Assembly: GCA_965203175.1 (NCBI GenBank)
Contig: OZ241867.1
Location: forward strand, 5,024,001 to 5,088,000
Reading direction: 5' to 3'
DNA: 64,000 nucleotides
DNA from: Candidatus Latescibacterota bacterium
Lineage (GTDB): Bacteria; Latescibacterota; UBA2968; UBA8231
The translations under genes were made by a program, and so were the position numbers. Shown one piece after another: positions 57,070 to 64,000 of the stretch (position 1 is the stretch's first letter; every line of letters begins with the position of its first letter). Under the pieces are notes generated by a model. The model saw nothing but the letters and a program-made list of their open reading frames with translations, was not told where the DNA came from and searched no databases.

Positions 57070-59669
57070 CAGTCCAGTCCGGCGAATATGACGAGGAACG
57101 ATTCGACGCGGTTTTGTTCCCGGTCCTCAAAGCGCTGCTGCTGCACTTGCGTCCCCAAGTTTATGGTCACCTGATATCCGAGGTACGCCTGGGTAACGGA
57201 TAGCTGCAGCGCGCCGACCCAACCCCAAAAATCGAGCTGCGCTCCAGGTTTGTCGGCCCAATCCCAGAATTTGGTCAATTCCGTGCCGCCTTCCAGTTCG
57301 AGATTGGGCATCAACTGCACCGCCAGCGTCAGAAAGAGGATCTCAGACAGGTCGTTTTTGCTGCCCTCACTTTCCAGATAGGCGGTCTGGCGTCGGTACA
57401 TGCTCTTCAATTTGGGGTGGAATACCAGTGCTTCCGTGAGTTGGAAAGAGTAGTCGAGTTTGTGGATCAGTCCGAGGAAATGGGAATCGTCGATGATCTC
57501 CGGTTCTTCCCCGGGCCGGGTGAGCCGGGCGACATTGTCGCCGCGCTGAGCGAGGCCCTCGTATTTGACCTTGGCCGACGTGTTGAAGCGGCCCCAAGCC
57601 TGGTCGAAACCAATAAAAACCGAGTTGACGACCGCGTTTTGGGCCAGCATGGGGTCTTCAAAGGGAAATTCGCTCACGCCGAACGTACCCGGCGGCTGCG
57701 TCCAAAACAACTGGTCGTCAATGATGTTGTCTTCGACGAACTTGAGCTGGTAGAAAAAGCGGAATTGGCCCAACGCGACCCGGTCTTGCTGCATTTTGAA
57801 GAGCAGATAGGAGAAGCGACTGCGGCGATCGGCTGACAACAGCCACTGGTTTGAATAGCCTCCTAATAGCTGGACCCCGGGGAAGATATTGATGCCTAGG
57901 TATCCATTGTACCCTCGGTGGTCCCGTTGGAACGGATAGTCGGCCTCGTCGTCATCCTCAAAGCGGTCGATTAGGGTGTTGTTGTCCATGTCGATACCAA
58001 AGAGGAATTCGGGCGGATCCACGGTGTAGCGGAGGAAGGGTTCGTCGTAATCGGGTCGGGTGTTGTCGTTCTGGTTGAAATCCGAGATAAAATCGTTGTT
58101 CTCGTCCAAGCCGGGAAATATCCCGCCTCTGGGGCCGCCGGAGATGGACCGGCGCTGACTTTCGTTGGGTTGCTGGGCCCGGCGCCAGTCGGGAAAGCGA
58201 TCTTGGTCATCGTTGTCGTCGACAAATTCATACACGCCGCGCAGCTTGTTGGTGTAGTCGAGCTTGCCCTGCTGATCCTGGATGTACATAGACGTGGAGT
58301 AGTCCTGGTCCACGCTGAAAATTTCGCCGTACGCAAACCACGGATAGTACCGACTCGTAGTGCGCGCGGTCAGGTATCCAACTTGAGCGGTGTTTGCGGC
58401 CCGCACATGCCTTTCGAAATTCACATTGGGCAGGCGGCGCCACTGATTGTTGTTATTCCACTCGGCCATGATGTCGAGTCCGGCGACATCCTGGACCTCA
58501 AGCGTCAGACCGTAGATTTCGTTGGCCGTCGGCAGGCCGTAGTCAAAGCGGACGAGACGCTGGTTGGAGCCGTCTTGGACATTCCGCGCGGACTTAGCCA
58601 CGGGCAGGTACACGGGTTGGTCCGAGAAATCGGTCTGTAGGTTGGAAGTCACCTCCACCAAGTAATCATTGGCCAATACCAGTTCAAAGACTAGCTTGCG
58701 GATCAATTCGGGCTGGGCAAACGCGTAGGTCAGGACGATCTGCTCGGCTCCGTCGGCGACCAAGGCTCCGCGGCGCGGCGTGCCGCCCTCGACTAGGGGG
58801 ACAATATCGAGAGGTTCGGTGTCTGCATTCGCCAAGACGCGCTCGGAAAAGAGAATAGCGCCCCCCTTGCCGTCCTCCGGTGAATCGTCGCTGATGCGGA
58901 TTTGCACTTGGCGGATGACGTCGCGATTCTGCTCGGTCGTCAAGTTTCCCGCGCGGATCCCGGCCAGACTCAAATCCGGCGAGGTCCGCCCCAGATGGGC
59001 ATTGACGTACGTGCCACCCATCTGGACGAAATCCCCTATCTGCACCGTCGTCCTGAAGCCGAGCAAATTGTTGAAATCAGTGATCTTCGATTCGTTTACC
59101 TCTCCCCCTTCGAGCGCTATGGGCAGGTTGACCCGAGACATGAGCAAGGTCGCCGCGTATTTGTCCGACTGGAGATCGACCTGGACCCCATTGAAGGCTG
59201 GTTTGGAAAAAGTAAAAGGGGTCAGGGCCGTGCGGATCTCATCGCCGACCGTCACGGCAAAGTAGTACTGGCCCCTTTGCACCTGGGTCACAACCAGCCT
59301 GTTGAACCAAGAATTGAAGCGGCTGCTCTTGAGGATGTCGCTGCCAAAGGTCGTGGGCTGCTCCTGGGTCCAGCGGTAGATCTGCCAGCCCTCGGTCACG
59401 TAGTTCCCGTAGAGATCGTACCAGCGCGTGCCCTCCAGTTCGGTATCTACGTAGCGCTGGTAGGGAACTCTGGCGTAATTGGAATACTGCCACCAATCCC
59501 ACTTGTACTCGGCGTAGAGTTGCTGAGGGCGATACCACTTCTGGATAGTGGGATCAATGGCATCAAAAAAGGTCTGGGCCCCCGTCGGGTTCAGGGCCTG
59601 CGCCTGACACGCTGGCGGCACGGCCGCGAGCAAGGCCACGGTGATTGCGATGTATTTGCAGTAGGTCAC
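57069..59669 (-). CDS. ~866 aa secreted, probable outer-membrane protein with Asp-rich Ca-binding-like motifs
   Basis: GTG at 59669, signal peptide ending AQA. DDNDDQDRFPD, DENNDFISD, DMDNNTLIDRFEDDDEAD. Amphipathic beta-strand-like C-terminal third. Confidence 0.75.
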   Translation of the reverse strand: MTYCKYIAITVALLAAVPPACQAQALNPTGAQTFFDAIDPTIQKWYRPQQLYAEYKWDWWQYSNYARVPYQRYVDTELEGTRWYDLYGNYVTEGWQIYRWTQEQPTTFGSDILKSSRFNSWFNRLVVTQVQRGQYYFAVTVGDEIRTALTPFTFSKPAFNGVQVDLQSDKYAATLLMSRVNLPIALEGGEVNESKITDFNNLLGFRTTVQIGDFVQMGGTYVNAHLGRTSPDLSLAGIRAGNLTTEQNRDVIRQVQIRISDDSPEDGKGGAILFSERVLANADTEPLDIVPLVEGGTPRRGALVADGAEQIVLTYAFAQPELIRKLVFELVLANDYLVEVTSNLQTDFSDQPVYLPVAKSARNVQDGSNQRLVRFDYGLPTANEIYGLTLEVQDVAGLDIMAEWNNNNQWRRLPNVNFERHVRAANTAQVGYLTARTTSRYYPWFAYGEIFSVDQDYSTSMYIQDQQGKLDYTNKLRGVYEFVDDNDDQDRFPDWRRAQQPNESQRRSISGGPRGGIFPGLDENNDFISDFNQNDNTRPDYDEPFLRYTVDPPEFLFGIDMDNNTLIDRFEDDDEADYPFQRDHRGYNGYLGINIFPGVQLLGGYSNQWLLSADRRSRFSYLLFKMQQDRVALGQFRFFYQLKFVEDNIIDDQLFWTQPPGTFGVSEFPFEDPMLAQNAVVNSVFIGFDQAWGRFNTSAKVKYEGLAQRGDNVARLTRPGEEPEIIDDSHFLGLIHKLDYSFQLTEALVFHPKLKSMYRRQTAYLESEGSKNDLSEILFLTLAVQLMPNLELEGGTELTKFWDWADKPGAQLDFWGWVGALQLSVTQAYLGYQVTINLGTQVQQQRFEDREQNRVESFLVIFAGLD

Positions 59670-59680
59670 AAAAAACCGCC

Positions 59681-62065
59681 TTAGTAGGCTACTCCGACGA
59701 GCCGTGTAAACTCCCTCGTCGGCTCGTCGCTGTCGATGCTCAGGCGAAACAGGTACACCCCAGGAGGCACCATATTGCCCGCCCAATCGCGGCCGTCCCA
59801 CAAAAGGACGTACTCCCCGCTCGACCCGGACTGGTCGCGCAGCCGAGCGACCAGTCGCCCCCCCAGATCGTACACGACCGCCCGAAGTTGGCGGGACGCC
59901 TCCAAGCCGACCAGCGCAAAGTGCACGGTCAACTGTTCGTTGCGCCCATCTCCGTTCGGCGTGATCACCGACGGCCTGATCGTCGGGGTGCGGAGACCGC
60001 TGCTGCCGGCCGGTAGGAAAACTCGCAGGTCGTCGCCTAGCTCGTCCGGGCTCGCATCCCCCGGATCAATCTGTTGCCAAGAGCCCGGCTCAGCCGAGCG
60101 CCGTACAAAACCCTCAAAGAGCGTGGCATTGAGGAAGACTTGGGTGGCGAAATTCACCTCGATCAGTTGCGCGGCCTGTACCGCCGTCGGCAGGGTGAGG
60201 ACCAGTGAGTCCGCCGCGGCCCGCACGGCAACGGGCTCTATTTCCTCGCGGTTTAGTTTCAGGCCCCGAAAGACAGGCTGGGTCGGAACGCGAATCAAAA
60301 TCTGGTCGAAACCGCGAGACCCAGACCCGAAACTAGGGCGGATGAAGTAGGAGAATTCTTCCGGCTGGCCCGGTGTAGCTACCCGAGGGACGATTTCGGC
60401 GACGATCTGTTCGGCCGCCGGGTCCGTGAATTCAAGCGCCACACTGGACAGAGCCGGAGCCCGCTGCGGATCATCGCTGATCAACTCCACTTGTATCTGG
60501 GCATAGCTGCGGGGGCTGGGCGATTGAAAGCGCGCACCCGAATACTCGTAGGGCAAGCTCCACGGACTCCATCCCGCGCCTGGGATGAGTTCGACGGTGG
60601 GCTCTTTCTCGCGTTTGAAGGGCGGCAGCTTGTTCCAGGCCTTTTCAGTGTATTCATTGCCCTCCTTGTCGAAGTAGTGCAGTTTCTCGCCTAGCTCATT
60701 GCCCGTGCGCGTGCGCACCGCCAGTCTAGTAGCCGGCGGCGTCTCTCCGTTCCAGTGGATGGCCGTCAGGTTTTTGGCCCCGCCTAAGTCGATCAAGCCA
60801 GAGGTCAAGGTGACGCCCGGAATGAACCCCTCCCCAAAAGCCTGGATCTCCCGCACGGTTGAGACGCCCGTGCGCCGCTGATTGCGATTCGACCAGAACA
60901 GGTAGCGCACCTTGCGCGGGGGCAGGTGCTCTTCAAAGATGAAGCGCTCAGGAGCGGGATTGGCTTCAAGTTCGGCAAGCTCTTCCCAGACTAGGTCGTC
61001 GAAATCGATGAACTCGCCTGCGCCCGCGCCACTGCTGCGCATCCCGTCCGAGGCAAAGAGTTTGTACCCGAAGACCGGAACGTTGCGCTTGCCAGTGAAC
61101 TCAAAGGACGTGATGATGCGCACATGGTCTACCCAGAATAGCGTTCCCAAGTCTATGTTGACCCACCCCCACCGCTTGGGGTCGCCGAAGAAATAGCCTA
61201 GGGAATTCCAGCCCGTATTGTAATTCCCGTCTATGATATCCGAAGCAAAGGTCGGTGGCTCGCTTTCGTCGCCTCCGGCCGGTGCGATGAGCGCGCCGCC
61301 CCCCCGTTGCTCGCTGCCCAAGACGATATTGTCGCCCAAGGCACTGACCTCGATTTCGGCCAAGCGCGGATTTTCGGCTGTGCGCAGGGCACGAAACAGC
61401 ACAAAGCGCACGAACTGCCTAAAGGTCAGCTCGCCTCGGCCGCTCAATTTCACGTCCTGCGGCAGGAGCGGATAGGTGAGTTCGTACTCGGTATTGGGAC
61501 GGGTCGTCTCGGCCAACAAACTGTATTTCTTGAGTCCAGAGCCAAAATAGACGGCTTCCTCGCCCGTAGAGACAAATACCTGGAACATGCTGAAAGGATT
61601 GCCCGAGTGGGCGAATTTTACCGCGATCTCCGTGGCGGAGACGGCCCGGCCTAGATCCACTTCTACCCACCAATCCTCAAGGGGGGCACCAGCGGCAGGG
61701 GTCCAAAACGTCTCCTCGTCGCCGTCGAGAATGCGGCCGGCCATTCTAAGGTTCGTGCCCGCCCCGCGTATGCCGCCCAAGCGCTCTTCTCCGTCCCCAA
61801 AGTCGCCCAGCACGGAGAACTGGTCGACATTGAGCGCGGCATTAATCGATTTGCGGATGAAGACCGGGCTAACTCGGCCGTCCGGCGCAATCGCAATAGT
61901 CCCCTCGGGAGCGCTCCACGCGCGCCACTGCGACGAGCGACTGAAGCGAATTTCACCAGCCAGCGCATCCCAAGGCCAGAGGAGGAAAAGGCCAGCGCAA
62001 ACGACGAGCATCTTCCCTGTGGGGTACGAAATAGTTGAAGTTGCTTTTCTCCTAGTGTGCCCCAC
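59681..62065 (-). CDS. Secreted discoidin-like protein with FlgD-Ig/CHU_C-like module (type B)
   Basis: Exact start uncertain. WRAWSAP, DGDEETFWTP, VDLGRAV, SPSPRSY, ITPNGDGRNE. Ends VAY. Confidence 0.87.
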   Translation of the reverse strand: MGHTRRKATSTISYPTGKMLVVCAGLFLLWPWDALAGEIRFSRSSQWRAWSAPEGTIAIAPDGRVSPVFIRKSINAALNVDQFSVLGDFGDGEERLGGIRGAGTNLRMAGRILDGDEETFWTPAAGAPLEDWWVEVDLGRAVSATEIAVKFAHSGNPFSMFQVFVSTGEEAVYFGSGLKKYSLLAETTRPNTEYELTYPLLPQDVKLSGRGELTFRQFVRFVLFRALRTAENPRLAEIEVSALGDNIVLGSEQRGGGALIAPAGGDESEPPTFASDIIDGNYNTGWNSLGYFFGDPKRWGWVNIDLGTLFWVDHVRIITSFEFTGKRNVPVFGYKLFASDGMRSSGAGAGEFIDFDDLVWEELAELEANPAPERFIFEEHLPPRKVRYLFWSNRNQRRTGVSTVREIQAFGEGFIPGVTLTSGLIDLGGAKNLTAIHWNGETPPATRLAVRTRTGNELGEKLHYFDKEGNEYTEKAWNKLPPFKREKEPTVELIPGAGWSPWSLPYEYSGARFQSPSPRSYAQIQVELISDDPQRAPALSSVALEFTDPAAEQIVAEIVPRVATPGQPEEFSYFIRPSFGSGSRGFDQILIRVPTQPVFRGLKLNREEIEPVAVRAAADSLVLTLPTAVQAAQLIEVNFATQVFLNATLFEGFVRRSAEPGSWQQIDPGDASPDELGDDLRVFLPAGSSGLRTPTIRPSVITPNGDGRNEQLTVHFALVGLEASRQLRAVVYDLGGRLVARLRDQSGSSGEYVLLWDGRDWAGNMVPPGVYLFRLSIDSDEPTREFTRLVGVAY

Positions 62066-62077
62066 TTTCTCGTCCTC

Positions 62078-63850
62078 TCAGTAGACCAAGGCCACAAGCT
62101 CGGCCCTTTCGTTGGCCCCCGTGGCCGAATCTACGCTTATGCGACACACGTACAACCCCGGTGCGGCTAAGGAGCCCTCGCTCGCTCTGCCGTCCCACTC
62201 CACCGCGTGAAAACCGCTACTCTGCATGCCATTGAAAAGCGCCCGGACTCGCCTCCCCGCAAGGTCGTATATAGCCGCCTCGACGGATACGGGCTGGACG
62301 AGTTTGAATATGCTGTACTGAATGCGCATTCGGTCGTTGAGCGAGTCGCCGTTGGGCGTAAAGGGGTTGGGTGCAATGGCCAAGTCGCCCAAAATGGTAC
62401 CGTCCAATTCCAACTCGACCGAAAAGTGATTGGTATTGAGATCGATACTGGCATCGCCGGGCAGGACATCTTGAGCTAGTTCACCAGACTGGCTGGCGAA
62501 CACGCGGGAGGAAAAAAGGGTGCCGAATTCGATCACCTTGGCAGCGAATTTCAGTTCCACCAGTACCCCGTCTTTTACGACGGGATGATTCGGAAAGCGC
62601 ACCGTCAGGAGAGAATCCGTCGCTTCCCAGGTAAAATCTTCGATCGGGGTACCACCTACAGTTAGTTCGCTCAGGCGGGCCCGGGTCGGCGTAGAAAGTT
62701 CCACCGCATCAAAGCCCGCATCGTCATCGAGGATGCGCGGCCGCATATGGTAGGTAAAGGGCGTGGTCTCCCCGGCGATGACGAATTTCGGCTCGATTTC
62801 GGCCACTACTTCGTGGGCCGGTGGCGGAGAGGAAATTTCAAAGGCGAGCGAATCCATCTGAGCCGCCGCGGCAAAGCGGTCGCTGACCAGTTCAACGGCA
62901 AACTGGAAATAGCGCCGGGGCGCCGGCGAGCGGATGCGCGAGCCACTCGTGGCGTGCGGTGGCGACCAAAGGCTCCAGTTTGCCAGATCGGGCCGTTTTA
63001 CCTGCTGGTTTTCCCTCAGGTTGTCGTACTGGTCTTTGCTTACTTCTTCGAGTGTAGCCCCTCGGCGCCGGTAGTAGAGGTAAGGATCGGGGGTCGAGCC
63101 ACTGCGGGTAGTCACCTCGACTGCGCCGCCCGCATCGGTCTGAGCGGCCCAAGTCAGCGCTCCCAGAGTGGCCAAGCCGCCTAAATCGATGACGTTGGAC
63201 GTGTACACCGCCTGCGGTGCAAAGCCCTGGCCATAGACTTCCAATTCGGCGATCTCCCAGGGCAGCGGACTGGTGAATATCAGCATGATCCACCGGACAT
63301 AGCGAGGTGCGATATCGACTGTGACCACCTCGCGTTCGTTGCGGGTCGTTCGGGCCGCCAAATCCCAGACTGGATCTCCCCGCAGCGGGTCGCTTTCGTC
63401 GCTGACGTACAGTTCGTATCCCCGCAAAAATCGGTCTCCCTGCTCAATGCGGGGATAGAACGAAACCTGATAGACTCCACTGAAAACCCGGCCCAGATCC
63501 AGAATGATCCGTCCCCCTATCTGTCTAGAGTGCTCAATGGGAAAAATCGTGGCGATTTTCCCGTCGATCAGCGCCCCCAAGCCGGTCTGGGGATCGGCCA
63601 GACCCCGGACCGAAGGCTGCGGGCTGTCGATATTGCCGCCTTCGGCCAAGGCCCGCAAACTGAGATTTTCGTCGGGCGATATGCGCTCGGGCTGTAGCCA
63701 ACCCGGACGACTCGCCAAGTCAACAGCTCGCACAGTCCCCCACTCTTGCCACGGACGCTCACTACCGCCAAAAACCAGTACTTCCCGGGCACTCGCGGGT
63801 TCGCCGATCAAGAGGGTAATCAGCAAGAGAGGCTTAAATAGAATGGTCAT
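62078..63850 (-). CDS. Secreted discoidin-like protein with FlgD-Ig/CHU_C-like module (type A)
   Basis: ATG at 63850. VFGGSERPW, SNVIDLG, TRSGSTPDPYLY, PNPFTPNGDSLND. Ends LVY. Confidence 0.87.
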   Translation of the reverse strand: MTILFKPLLLITLLIGEPASAREVLVFGGSERPWQEWGTVRAVDLASRPGWLQPERISPDENLSLRALAEGGNIDSPQPSVRGLADPQTGLGALIDGKIATIFPIEHSRQIGGRIILDLGRVFSGVYQVSFYPRIEQGDRFLRGYELYVSDESDPLRGDPVWDLAARTTRNEREVVTVDIAPRYVRWIMLIFTSPLPWEIAELEVYGQGFAPQAVYTSNVIDLGGLATLGALTWAAQTDAGGAVEVTTRSGSTPDPYLYYRRRGATLEEVSKDQYDNLRENQQVKRPDLANWSLWSPPHATSGSRIRSPAPRRYFQFAVELVSDRFAAAAQMDSLAFEISSPPPAHEVVAEIEPKFVIAGETTPFTYHMRPRILDDDAGFDAVELSTPTRARLSELTVGGTPIEDFTWEATDSLLTVRFPNHPVVKDGVLVELKFAAKVIEFGTLFSSRVFASQSGELAQDVLPGDASIDLNTNHFSVELELDGTILGDLAIAPNPFTPNGDSLNDRMRIQYSIFKLVQPVSVEAAIYDLAGRRVRALFNGMQSSGFHAVEWDGRASEGSLAAPGLYVCRISVDSATGANERAELVALVY

Positions 63851-63864
63851 GTGCCTATCGTAAC

Positions 63865-64000
63865 TCACTGTGCGGCAACCCGTATAATGAACCCACCTTC
63901 GACTCCTTCGGGTGCGATGCCAATGCGAATGATCTGGCCGGGGGCCACAAGGGCTGTCTGCGGGGGGAAGGACGACTCGCCTTGCGCGTTCAGGGGCGAA
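63865..64000 (-). CDS. 3' end of an upstream gene cut by the window edge
   Basis: Open minus-strand frame ...SPLNAQGESSFPPQ...GFIIRVAAQ* with stop at 63865-63867, just upstream of the next gene. Confidence 0.5.
   Translation of the reverse strand, partial: SPLNAQGESSFPPQTALVAPGQIIRIGIAPEGVEGGFIIRVAAQ

Overview
GC-rich, gene-dense bacterial window. I found no rRNA, tRNA, CRISPR array, transposase or integrase. The gene content (PhyH dioxygenases, FG-GAP/ASPIC CRTAC1-like proteins, a TolB/PD40 lipoprotein, DUF6785-type membrane proteins, Gfo/Idh/MocA and enolase-superfamily enzymes, many secreted FlgD-Ig/CHU_C-tailed proteins) resembles Latescibacterota/Gemmatimonadota/Poribacteria-like lineages, possibly a sponge symbiont; this is inference only. 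Two uncharacterised secreted-protein systems stand out. (1) Seven paralogous 600-875 aa secreted discoidin-like proteins carry a C-terminal TPNGDxxN Ig module and a terminal Tyr. They form ordered type-A/type-B pairs at three loci, and the fullest locus (52.5-64 kb) adds an ~866 aa Asp-rich probable outer-membrane protein, a lipoprotein and a DUF6785-type permease, suggesting an undescribed PUL/SusCD-like capture-and-import module. (2) A tandem array (32.6-42.1 kb) encodes signal-peptide-bearing Cache-domain proteins with no membrane or output domain, most ending in a TAVExxSWGQLKSxF tail, and is interrupted by three mosaic TlpA-like thioredoxin paralogues. Also present are a ~155 bp gene-end duplication bracketing the TolB-like gene, a lipid/glycolipid operon, a pseudogene, and several operator-like palindromes and hairpins. 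Family assignments come from motif recognition by eye, not database searches.
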